From positions 712,936 to 776,935 of the forward strand of contig NW_003314346.1 of the NCBI RefSeq assembly GCF_000143415.4: a stretch of 64,000 nucleotides of DNA, in the 5' to 3' direction. The translations under genes were made by a program, and so were the position numbers. The notes under the pieces are model-generated. The model saw only the letters and a list, made by a program, of their open reading frames with translations, was not told the origin of the DNA and ran no database searches. Origin of the DNA: Selaginella moellendorffii (Eukaryota > Plantae > Lycopodiophyta). Shown here piece after piece: positions 10,101 to 21,925 of this stretch (the stretch's first letter is position 1; each line of letters opens with the position of its first letter).

Positions 10101-12788
10101 GGTAAGGTCACGTGAGGCCTCACGCCATTTTGATTATAGATCGTTGTGAATATTCAGACACGAGGACTGAAAAGTGCACTGGTGGCGCATCGAAGAAGGA
10201 CAAACAGACAAGCAATAGGAAAAAAGGAGGTACAAATTATATTTGCAATGGCGTGTGGTCTCATGCCATTCCTTGCAGGAGAAACTTCTTCAAAGGCAAA
10301 ACAGGCAAGCACCAGCCAAGCTCAAACTGACAGTGGTCATAAAAAGCGAAAGCACGTTGGACAGTCGTCGGGATCAGAGGCGTTTGATTCGAAAAGGAAG
10401 AAGGGCAACGAAAAGATGATAGGTAATGCCTTGCGGTTATGGCGTGTGTGCTCATGCCATTCATTGCAGATCAAGGGCTGAGTGAAAGCAGGCAGTCACC
10501 ACCTCATGACTCAGATTCCTATGGCGGACTCCCCTTCCCCAATCTCAATGGAGAGGTACAATGGATGAGGGAAGCTTTTCAAGTCAGGGCCACGTTTTTC
10601 TCATCTCGTCGTCTTCGAAGGGTGCAAGAACGTGCAAAAACCATGTTAAGACAGTCGGGTGAGGATACGGTCCTAGGTCACGCACTAAAACAGGCTATGG
10701 ATGTCTTGTATTTTGAGATGGAGACTCGGCCAGATGATTTTCCCAAGATGGTCCTGGAAGAACAAGCCATCCAGCCTGAGCAGCCTATGGAAGAAATGCA
10801 GGAGGGGGATGAGGAGCCAGAGAAAGATAATGAGCAGGAAGAGCAGAAGGACGAAGAGGAGGACAAAGAAGAGGAGGACGAAGAAGAGGAGGACGAAGAG
10901 GACTTGGATGGTCCTCACAATGGTGACGATCACAATAACGACGACGACGATGATGACGACGATGGCCAGCCTGAGGTGGCCAAAGAGCAGCGGAGGAAGG
11001 TCATACAAGACAAACCATCAGGTAAATAATAGTACATCCATTCCTAACCTTTTACCATTTCTAACATTGTCCATGTAGGTCGCAGAGCAAATGGTAAGTA
11101 GAGATTATTCAGTTGAATTTACAAACTCTAGCCTTTAGTGTCGAGGAAGGATAGTGCCAAGCAAGGGTCGAAACGTATGTCCAATCCTTCAGAATCAGCA
11201 GTGCGCCCAAGTGATATCGGTCCTAGTTCCTCAATAGCAGTTGATGGTAAATACAGTATAGTCGATTCAATGTGCTAATGAGTTTGTTTTTAGTAGCACG
11301 GGAGGATACCATCTCAATCGAAGGGAGATATTTGGACATGCATATGGATCCGCCAGTGGACTCTACTTGGCTACAAGAGTCATCAGAGCTGGTGGAGGCT
11401 ACTATCCATATCAACGCCAAGCAAGCTGACCACGCTCCACTTGATGCTGCCCATACCACTGAGTCAATCTTGTCCACGTATCCAACTGACGGTGACCAGG
11501 CGCCATTGGACCCACATGAGGCCGCCCCAGCCGCCGAGCCGGTCGTATCCTCATTTCCAACGGACTCAACGTGTGCCCAATCGTCTGACTACGCGCCGTT
11601 GGAACCTCCCTACACCGCCCCTGCTGCCTGTTCGGTCATGTCCACTTTGCCAACGGAGGCACCAGCTGAAATGGTGTGTGATCACACGCCATCGGAACCA
11701 CCCCATGCCACTGTTGAGCCAGTTGTACCAGAGTCTACAGCTGAAATGGCATGTGCCCACACGCCATCGGATGCGATTGACCCCACATTGCAAAGGAGAG
11801 TATTTCCGCCCTTCATGTTTCCTCGACCAAAACCCTCTCAACGACCATCGGGAGCAACATTCGCTAATATTGTAGATGGTAAAATTGACTTGTACCATTT
11901 TTTATGCTGACGCATTTCATTTCAGAGTCACGGCGAAGGTACTGTATCGTTTTTGATCTGAACGGTGTCCTTTTCTCCCATGAGCGTGGCTCGTCCTCGA
12001 ATGTCATTGCACCCTCCAAAGCCTGCGGTTGCAAGTTGGTCAAAAGAGACAGATTCACATTAATCACACGGGAGAAACTGCGGGATCTAATAATGACCAT
12101 GCGACACTTAAAACAGAGGGCCGGGTTCAATTTGCAATTGGGAGTTTGGACATCCATGATGCGCCACAATGCATTAATGTTGCTACAGATGATGCACGAT
12201 CAGACGCGAGTAATATTACCATTTGACTTTCTCCTAACGCAGGAGGATTGCTTGACTATGGTCCATGTGAGGGGTAGCAAGCCCATCTTTGTCAAGCCAG
12301 AGGCTGTAGTGATGAACCGGACTGCTAGCTCAAGTGAAATCCTCATCATCGATGACTCGCCGATTAAAACTGCAGCGAACACGCACACATATGCAGTGCA
12401 CCCCATCTCTTGCAGTATGGAAACTAGGGAGAAGAAACCGTATGTTCTGGGGGACGTTGCAAAACGGCTTGGAGCGATGGTGATAGAGAACCGGCCAGTC
12501 CAGGAGGTGGCTGCAAAAATCAACCAAATGGCAGATGGAACGGTATATCAGAAGCCATTTGATCGGACAGACACCAGTCATCATTTATGGCATGTATATT
12601 GTCTAGCCAAGCACTATCCGCATCTCCATAATCTGCTCAACCGGATGGGTTCTTCGACCACTGAACATGAGCGTGGACGTATTAGAGAAGAGATGGCATT
12701 ACTATTGGGTTTAAATCCTGATAGTGTGGAGAGTGATGAAATTCCAAGATTATTGTATAGGCGTTGGAGGCAAAAAATAACAGTCTGA
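7166..12788 (+). CDS. Transposon cargo gene, ~1643 aa, 11 exons: ParB/Srx-like + degenerate DNA amino-MTase-like + acidic tract + FCP1/NIF HAD phosphatase-like; one premature TAG at 8011
   Basis: Manually spliced exons: 7166-7168, 7408-8586, 8641-9964, 10015-10101, 10158-10229, 10279-10422, 10470-11021, 11079-11093, 11139-11246, 11294-11878, 11926-12788. All introns are GT-AG and the total of 4932 nt keeps the frame. Motifs: FYAVSGQHSSLAM, KCVVEYNCGGLFFRAALLKG, IVFDLNGVLF, LGVWTS, ILIIDDSPIK. Confidence 0.75.
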
Positions 12789-13206
12789 GATGGCATGTAT
12801 TTATTTAAAAATGTAACTTATTATGGCATGGGGTTCCATGCCATTGTATTAATATTAAAAGACAATTCTTTGAGAGGATTTGCATTATACTAGAAGTGTT
12901 ACAACATGTTATTGGAAGTCTACGAAGTTGTTTTATTAATAATGGGAAAGTAAAGATTGAATGGGGACTTGGGCTCCACCTAGACTCGGAGCAACTGAGC
13001 CAATATTAAAAGGATGGAAAGAAATTGGACGACGATGACAAGGAGAAAAGAGAGGTGAAGCAGTGGCAGGGGGAGGAGAAGTGATTGAGTAGACATTTCC
13101 TTGTTTAAAATAAAATGGCATGTGCCTCAATGCAGTTGAATTTTGTTATATTTATATACTATATAAAGGTTTGGAAACCTTATTTTACAAGTGGGATAAT
13201 GACAAT

Positions 13207-13230
13207 TCCCACTTTAACGAAATAGAGCTT
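13207..13230 (-). repeat. Right terminal inverted repeat
   Basis: TCCCACTTTAACGAAATAGAGCTT, followed by CTAG and resumption of FAN1. Confidence 0.92.
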
Positions 13231-13375
13231 CTAGAATGTGGAAAGTACCTCCATATGCAGTGCTTTTAATGAAAAAACACAAGGTGGTACGTACTGTGTC
13301 TTCCAGATATTTGGCCTTCAGCTACAACTCTGTTTCTGAAGGTGACAATTATGGGAAGGCTGCTAAACAATGCCA
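13231..13375 (+). pseudogene. FAN1: FAN1 fragment resuming after the transposon, then truncated by LTR sequence
   Basis: Reads WKVPPYAVLLMKKHKV and is colinear with the reverse complement of ~45355-45500. Confidence 0.88.
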
Positions 13376-14122
13376 CGGGAGATCGATTGGCCGATGCTCC
13401 CAGTCTGGCACTACCTACTTGGATACCTGGTGTGGCTTAATGGAACCTCGCTCTAAGCCCATGGCTAGAGCACCCAAAGGCAGAAGGTGGGGAGAGTACC
13501 CATGAGGCTCGCGTAAGGCCATAGTGTTCCGAAATGTTGTCCCAAAGTCCCAGACAATGAAAAGGAAGGGGAGCAATCCTCTAGTGCAGTGACCAAGGAT
13601 ACGGTCACATGGTGAGGAAGTCCCAAAGGACAGTGGGACTTAGAGGCCGGGCCTGTGGGCCTCGATCCAGTGGCAGTGTTGGCGAACACGGCCATGGATA
13701 GAAAGGGACTTGGTGGGGACCGGAAAAGGGGTGTTGGGGAAGGTTATTCCCCATATCTGTGGGCATTCTAAAGATGCCAAGGAGTGGATCTGGGATGATC
13801 ACTCATGGATGGATGGCTCAGTCTTTGAGAGACGGGACTGTGGTGTAGGTGGTGTCAGACCACCGGTGTGACCAAGGTGAATGGGCATGGCTTTAGCGTA
13901 ACAGGCTGATATGTCGGTGGTACCTTCGGGTGTCGGTCATGGGATTGGACACGTGGAGCACTTGGACCAAGTGCAATGGTTAAGTGGCATGGATGCCATT
14001 CTTAGGGCTAGCAAGTCCCTAAGTCCAAAATGGGACTTATGGAGGTGGTGAGTGAGACTCCTCCAAGTGGTCGGAGGTGTGGTTAAATGACTAAAATAAA
14101 ATGGAAAATTTAATCGCTTACA
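13376..14122 (+). mobile_element. 3' portion of a family-A LTR
   Basis: Similar to 58575-59390 and ends ...ATCGCTTACA. Confidence 0.8.
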
Positions 14123-16938
14123 CAACTTAGTTGTTTAAGGTTGAGATATTGGTACTCGTACTATAGCTTTATCTATGAGGAGGTTAATATGAGTCCATCT
14201 CATGGTCTTCACTTTAGTTTCAACTGAGTGTTGATCATGTATAGTTAGCCTCTTCAAGGCATGATCAGAGCTATTGGCTAAATGAATTAGTGAGCTTATT
14301 GCAATTGAGTTGAATTCGAGTGGTCATTTAGTTCATGCTTATCCATGAGCCAATATCTTGTATCTGGGGTATTACATTCATATTAGATAAGTATATGACT
14401 TAATGACGTGAGTTTAGTGTTTGGGTCTTGTTAAGGCAAGTTGAAGAATGATTGTTGGTTGCTCTGTGACTAATGCTTCTTCATAGACTTTGTCGAGGAC
14501 TATTTGACATTTTCTTCACTCGATGAAGATTTATCAATGATTGGTTTGCTTTACCGGATGGTGCTGTGGAGGATCGTGTTGTTAAACTTACATGGGTTTT
14601 CCATGTTAGCATGTCGACTTTACCTCTATCGATATCATTTGGATATGTTTAGTCTGTAGTGTTAGATTTCATAGAGTCTTAGATGTGGTGATTCAGTCCT
14701 TGAGGAAGTGTTATCTGTAACTGAGTTTTGCTAAAGAATTGGTCTCGGATATTGAGTAAAGTATCTTTGACTTTTGTTAGCTTAGTTGCTAAGGAATTTT
14801 GAATGGTGATTCACTTGTGCTTTCTTTTAGCTTTGTCCTAATGTTGATGGCATTGAAGTGATGCCTTATCATTGATAATATTGATATTGAGATTCAAATG
14901 AAATGAGATGTCTCTCCATATGATTAATATGGAGTTTCATTAGTCTTGATAAAGATAGTGTTGATGATTTGTGTTATTGACATTTGTGCATTCGCTAGTT
15001 AACAACTGTATTAACATTCAAATGAGTTGAGTGGCAAGTTTGAGTTAGTTGTGTTCTAGATTAGTAAAGGTTGAGCTTTAACTTTTCCTTGAAAAATGAT
15101 TTAGTCGTGAACTATGCTAGCTGTATGAAAGGAAGAGTTAGTGATCGATATTGAAATGTTTGAATCTTTATTGGATTTAAGTTGGAATATATTGATTATT
15201 GATGACTCTTCTTGTGCTTATTATAAAGTGTGTTATGTTTTGCTATAGATGGATTCGTAAAGGATTATTTAGTGATTACTTGTTGAGCATAACTCCATTG
15301 TGCTTGGCTTTTGGATTGATGTAGATATGCTCTTCATTAGCTTTGCATTATGAAATTTAGCTTATGAAAGTGTTGGAGAGGATATTGTGGGTTGTACTAT
15401 GATTTCTTTTTTAGCATTGAAGTTAGTTCATGCGAAACTCGTGATCATTTTTATGCAACACTTGGCTATAGGTTTCTTCGAGCTTTTGGTTTCTTGAGCT
15501 TTCATGCTTATTATTCCATCTGTTAGAAATTGTTAAAGGAAGGCATTTTGGCTCATTAGTTTCGATGAAGTTAGTGTTTGCATTTAGCAATCATTGGTGA
15601 CGATTAACTGTCATCTAGGATAGTTGATTATCCTTGTCGAAGGTTTTGTTTGATTATTGTTGGTATAGAATGATTTATCGTTCTTTGAGATGGTGGATTT
15701 TTTCTTCGACAATGATTATACATCTCTTCATTGATGGGATGATTAATGATCTTCTATGCTAGTTAGTTGTGCTATTTGATAGCTTATGGCTTTTCAAAAT
15801 ACCACATGTTCTTTGTGGTTTGCTCTAGATTGGTCTTGGGTTTGAGACATCAGTAGGATGTTGCTAGCACTTGCTTAAGCAACTTGAGTTCCTTCGTATT
15901 GTGACTGAGATCTATTTAGATTAGCTAGTGTAACATGAACGCTATATTTGTTAGTCTTGCAACATTCATTCTGTTCTGTTGATCATTGCTTGAGTTAGTT
16001 CTAATAGATTGAGATGTTATTTCCTTCGAGTGATACATTTGCGAGCATTGTGCTTGTCGGTTAATGATACTTTATGTTCTTTGACTTATCTTTGGTAAGT
16101 TGTTTGGCATACTCTCTACAATTTTTGGTAGTTAAGTTTTCTTATTGAGTTTACTTGATGATATACTTACTATTGAATTTTGTGGGCTAGTGAATCCTAT
16201 GTTTTCCAATGATAGTGATTTTGGTGGTTCCTATACACTAATACTCGTTTCAGATGATAACTTATTTGGAATACTTTTGTGTTCTAATCTAAGATTTAGT
16301 CACTGATAATTAAGTCTCTCAGATATTATTGTTTCTGACTTTGATATTATCCATCTATTAATCTTTAAGTTTGGGCCAGTATAGGCAGACTAGCTTCAGC
16401 ACTTTGTGTGCATGGCGAAATCTCTAGTCATGGGGTAGCTACTATCAACTGATCATATCACCCGCCTCTCTATCAATATTCCTTATTCCGTTAAAAGGGC
16501 GTGATTGTGTAAACAACTTTAACTGCCTGTTTACAGTAGTCTATCTAAACCTTACCGATGGGTTTGGTTTCTTTGTTCATGAGGGTTGGGGCCTCTAGCT
16601 TCTCTCTCTATGTCCCTGCAGGTAGGGGCATATCATACTTTTGTAAGTTGGGTGACAACCAAAGTAGTAAGGGTGGTTAACTCTATTGGTCATTTCCTTG
16701 TCGGCGACAGCTAGAAGGTGTCTGAGTTGGTAGCGTATCCATGTTAGACAAAGAGGTTGCCTCCTAACTCATTTAAGTGGGTGTATTTCTCACATAGTGT
16801 GATTACCATGAACTTTTTCTAGAGTTGTTTCCTTGGTAGTGGTCTAGACTCGAGTATGCATCGACAAGGATGTTGATCTTCCCTAGGGGGGGAGAGTGTC
16901 GCGAATGTGACTTCGGGTATCGAAAGTTACTTATCAGC
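14123..16938 (+). mobile_element. Family-B LTR element, decayed non-coding internal region, PPT and first ~40 bp of the 3' LTR
   Basis: PPT AGGGGGGGAGAG at 16885-16896, then TGTCGCGAATGTG at 16897. 14123-15530 is an inverted homolog of 16940-18370. Confidence 0.75.
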
Positions 16939-19900
16939 CTTCTAACAAATGGAATAATGAGCATAAAACTCAAAGAACCAAAGCTCGAAGAAGCCTATAG
17001 CCAAGTCTTGCTTAATAATGATCACAAGTCTCATAGAAGCTAACTTCAATGTGAAAGAAGAAATCGTGATGCAACTCACAATATCTTCCTCAACACATCC
17101 ATAAGCCAAAGTTCATAATGCCAAAGCTAATGAAGAGCATATTTGCATCAATCCAAAAGCTAAGTATAACAAAGCTATGCTCAACAAGTGATCATCAAAT
17201 GATCCTCCATGAATCCATCTATACCAAGACGTAACTCACTTCATAACAAGCACAAGAAGAATCATCCATGATCAATATATATTCCAACTCAAATCCAGCA
17301 AGGACTCAAATATTCTAATAGCGATCACTAACTCTTCATCTCGTAAAGCTAGCATAGTCCATAACTGAATCACTTTTCAAGGAAAAGCCGAAGCTCAACC
17401 CTCTACTAAATAATCTCGTCTAGAACACAACTAACTCAACTTGCCACTTAGTTCATTTGAACGTCAACATAGTTGCTAACTAGCAAATGCACGAATGCTA
17501 ATAACATAAAGCCATAGCCAAATCATCAACACTATCTTCATTAAGATTAATGAAACTCCATATCAATCCTAAGGAGAGACATCTCATTTCACTTTGAATC
17601 TCAACCTCAATAATGTCAACGACAAGGCCTCACTTCAATGCCATCAACAACAGAACAAAGCTAGCAGAAAGCAAGAGTGAATCACCACTCAAAACTCTTT
17701 AGCAACCAAGCTAACCAAAGTCGAAGATACTTTACTCAGTATCCAACACCAATTTCTTCAGCAATACTCAGCTACAGATAACACTTCCTCAAGGAGTGAA
17801 TCACCATATCCAAGACTCAATGAAATCCAACACTATAGACCAAACGTAACCAAATGATATCGACAAAGGAATTGACATGCCAACATGGAAAAACCATGCC
17901 AGCCTAATGACACGATCCTCCGCAACACCATCCGGTAAAGCAAGCCCATCACTGCTAAATCATCATCGAGCAAAGTAAGTGTCAACGGTCCTTGACGAAG
18001 TCTACAAGTAATCACTAGTCACAAAGCAACTAACAATCACTCCTCAACTTGCCTTCACAAGACCCAAACACCAACTCATGTCATCGAGTTACATACTTGT
18101 CCAACATGAACATAATACCCCAGGTACGAGATAAAAGTTCATAGACAAGCACAAACTAAATGACCACTTGAATCCAACTCAACCGCAATAAGCTCACTAA
18201 TGCATTTAGTCAATAGCTCTGAGCATGCCTTGAAGAGGCTAGCTATATGATCAACACTCAGTCGAAACTAAAGTGAAGACCATGAGATGGACTCATATCG
18301 GTACACAACCTCCTCATAGACAAAGCTATAGTACGGGTACCAACATCTCAATCTCAAACAACTAAGTTGGACATCACCATCCTTAGCCAAGTCGCAGGGC
18401 TACCAAGACTAAGTCAAGATCAGTGAGAGCTCACTACTCTCATAGAGTCTTAGCGAAATGCAAGGTGCAACCTGCCACTGAGCATAATGCTACAAAAGAA
18501 AGGCATAAGAGTCACCTTTCTTAGAAAAGTGCAACGGCCACTTTCCTACATCAACTCCAGACTCTATCCAACCCAATTGCTTTAGCCCCAAAAGTCAGCA
18601 TCCCTTTCGGGCCGCATCATACAAACTACTTACTAAGATCTAAGCCAACCGAAGTCAACTCCAGCCCCTTCACTAGTTTATACTGGCTTTCGAAAACGGA
18701 ATGGTTTTCGGACAAAATGATCAATAGACCAGCCATTGGAAAAGTCTAAGAAAATTTGTGGAAAATCTCCCATCCTAGAGAAAGAATGACTCTTAGTCCA
18801 GGATTGCAAACTTTCAAGACTCAACCAACTTCCTCCTACTAACAACTTCACATAGGCTCACCTCAACACAAATTCTCATGATCCAAAAATATGCTTAAGC
18901 ATCGAACATCTTTGCCCATCTAACCATTATCTAACACCGATATCCGCAAAGTGCAAAATGAACATCCAAGGCTTGATCACGAAGACCACATCTTCGGATA
19001 TCCATATTGCACTAACACTCTTCTTCAATCACCTTCAAGATCCAATGTGAAGCCAAAACACTAACAAGAAAAATGACATGGAAAAATCAAGGTCCAAGAA
19101 AAATTCCTCATCACTTGAAATAACAATGCCACTTCCACTAACACAAGTGCTAGTGACGTCAATGCCCCAACTCCACATCTTCTCCATCCAACAATCTACT
19201 CCAAGTGCTAACAGATCAACCGACAAGCTATAGTAAATGAATGCTACAACCCTTTCCATCACCTAAAAGGCAAACTCAAGGAAACAAGGTACCAATTTAA
19301 GCTTAGCATAATGGACCATCTCCGAGAATCCAGTCAAAGCTACTACAATGCTACTTCGTGCAAGTAGACTAGCTTCTCCATCAACCACTTTGGGGGTTGA
19401 TCATCATTTATCCAAGCAACTTCGTAAACACATTGCTCATTATCACATGGATATGATATAAATCACAATGACTTGATCATCAATCAAGCAACACTATGAG
19501 CAATACCCATGTCACTACTGCAAAGGTTTATGTGAGTATCAAGTGCCAACTCAATTCGACAAAATGCAACATAAATGCCACACTCCACTGATAGAGATTT
19601 ACAACACCCAACATCACAAAATTTTGTTCACAACACAGACAAGCTCATGCCACTCTCTTTCTGACCAATCTTAAAACTAATCCAACACCAAGTTACTCAA
19701 GGAGCAATAGCAAGGTTCCCCGGAAAAGAATTGAGCATTGCAACCCAAGTCTTCCAATAGCAAGCTTAGACAAAATGGTATAGAACTTCACCACTATCCA
19801 TCCCACAACTCACCATTGTAAGACCACCATCTCCAACATGCATCAAGATAGGGACTCTTGATTGCATGATGTGAACACAAGCAATGAGTTAACACCTCGT

Positions 19901-21925
19901 TGCAAATCATCTCTCCGAGAAGAGGAAATGATTTACGTATTTGATCCTCCGTCCCCGATGACTCTCTTTTCGGTCTCATCTTTGACCAAACCTCAAGCTT
20001 GCTTTCGCACTGCCTTCAGTTCAATCGAAGAAAAGTTTATGAGAGAGCATGGCCATGATTACTTGAACCAATAGATTAATCCCTATAGTCTTGATTGATC
20101 CACTTATAATCATGCCTAGGAAGGATCCACTAGTGCCGTGCTAAACAGCTACGGACTAGACTATTTACTACTCATAGCAAACTTAGGGAAGGTTTGCTTT
20201 TACCCACGGTACATGGAACAACTCATGGAACCATTGATAGGCTAACATTAATCCTGCCAACTCAAAGTGTAACCTTGAGTTGCTACTGTGCCTCACTCAC
20301 GAGCCCAAGCGCAAACTCGTGTAACAAAACAACTCAGTCCACCCTATGAGCCCAAGAGCAAGCTCACATAATATGGAACAAAAAGGTAACCAAAACCTAT
20401 CCCAAGGAACCAATGCGAAGTCTTTGCACCAAAACGTGTACCCACTCGGATCATCATTTTCATCTCTGCGTATGCAACGAGACTAGTTGCCCAATCTCAT
20501 TGGATAATATCGCTGAGACTCATCCTCTGATACCAAATGTAGCGCACGTGGTTTTGACCCTTGATCCTATGGTAATTTACCATAGGATAACACCACGAAG
20601 CGGAACCTAAACCCTCTTTGTGCCACGTGACATATGCCACGTGTCACATACCACGTGTCCATGCCACGTGTCCATAGGAACCCGAGGTTCAAGGCCTTGG
20701 GCCACTGAACGAAGGAACGGTGCCAAACTCCCAAGCGTGACGCCAAGGAGTGATGGAACCGGACCACGGAGCAACTCCCGAGCATATAGCCCAAGGAGCA
20801 AAGGGACAGGGGCCCGGAGCGACTTGGAACAGTCCTAGAGCAACCAACATCCCAATGCCAGGACCAGTACGCAAAACGGAGCCAAATGGAGTCTGGCGCT
20901 ATTTCGGCATACCGGTGGCCTAACGTGAGGATATGGGTACTCCACCAGCTAGCATGGAATGGAACTTGGGCTTAGACCCAAGCCGGACGCAGAACAAGGA
21001 CAGGCACGCAAGCGGGAGCTAGACTATGCCTCAGGTTGGTCGGCCATGCCCGACCTACCCACTATCCCTACTATACATTTGGAACCCCCCATAGCCCCCC
21101 CCCCCCCCCTTGAGGAACACACGCTTTGGGCTTTCACCCCAAGCCTCCCTTAGTATCAGGAGTTAGTCTTTGGGACAAGCTCAAAACTTACTAAATATGG
21201 AATGTCCTTAGATTGCGAATTTGGACACGGGACAAACACCATTGTGTTCCGGATGATCTTCTACAATCTGTAGAAATGCCAAATGAGCAAATCTGGANNN
21301 NNNNNNNNNNNNNNNNNNNNNNNNNNNNNNNNNNNNNNNNNNNNNNNNNNNNNNNNNNNNNNNNNNNNNNNNNNNNNNNNNNNNNNNNNNNNNNNNNAAG
21401 AGTTAGTCTCTGGGACAAATTTGAAATTTACTAAATATGGAATGTCCTTAGATTGCGAATTTGGACATGGGACGAACACCCATTGTGTTCAGGCTGATCT
21501 CTACATTCTGTAGATATGCCAAATGAGCAAATCTGGACACTTTCCATAAATAGCATCTAGGACGAATTGAGACTAACACAAAGGGCATGATAGTGAGGGT
21601 GTTTGGCAGACACGGTAAGCTATCATCTAGCGATGTTGAGGGACCAAGCTCAATATCGCGGGGGTTCCCAACACTAGCAAGTGCAAGTCAACGAATGAGT
21701 TTCTCTAACTAGGTCAAGTATGCTTGACTAATAGCACTTAAGAATTCCGTCCTTATGCCCATCTGGTCAAGTGCACACGCGAGGACTAGTTTCTCAACTA
21801 GCTTAGGTGGAGACTAATAACGGGTCCAGCAATACCGACCTCCTACTATCATGGCAGTAAGGTAAGAGTGTCTGTAAGGACTGGCCGACAGGTAACTTTC
21901 AATACCCGAAGTCACATTCGCGACA
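16939..21925 (-). mobile_element. Family-B LTR element (5' LTR 21925-20538, tRNA-iMet PBS, truncated internal region) inserted in the LTR of another family-B copy
   Basis: The minus-strand LTR runs TGTCGCG...GCTACA, with PBS TGGTATCAGAG at 20525-20535 (minus). Confidence 0.8.
21298..21397. other. Assembly gap (100 N)
   Basis: Run of N. About 135 bp on either side are near-duplicates. Confidence 0.98.

Larger units (their letters stand above)
1099..13136. repeat. Dispersed 22-bp palindrome family, consensus ATGGCRTGWGGCCWCAYGCCAT (~24 copies)
   Basis: Copies start at ~1099, 1415, 1468, 2810, 2867, 4704, 4774, 4872, 5484, 5559, 6243, 6423, 6502, 7194, 7271, 7331, 8608, 10107, 10248, 10439, 11671, 11746, 12823 and 13115. 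Some are degenerate. Confidence 0.92.
873..13230. mobile_element. 12.36-kb Sola1-like TIR DNA transposon with a large cargo gene
   Basis: 24-bp TIRs with 1 mismatch. CTAG is duplicated at 869-872 and 13231-13234. The empty site is visible in the FAN1 paralogs near 45490 and 49890 (aaaacctcCTAGaaggtggaaag on the minus strand). A DDD transposase lies inside. Confidence 0.9.

Noticed and set aside
10590-10720. Possible histone-fold-like helix pair (AKTMLRQSGEDTVLGHALKQAM)
   Set aside because: Too short and weak to call without a profile search.
1099-13136. 22-bp palindromes as a CRISPR array or MITE family
   Set aside because: Spacing is irregular (tens of bp to kb), there are no uniform spacers, cas genes or TSDs around copies, and the context is eukaryotic and intron-containing.
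865-13238. hAT (8-bp TSD TCCTAGAA/TTCTAGAA) or PIF/Harbinger assignment of the element
   Set aside because: The 8-bp reading needs a mismatch while CTAG is perfect. The transposase motifs (DN...NKN, GHTHEDVD) are Sola-like, not hAT or Harbinger.
21160-21540. Tandem duplication within the family-B LTR
   Set aside because: It flanks a 100-N gap and is absent from the sister LTR at 21926-23012, so it is probably a contig-overlap artefact.
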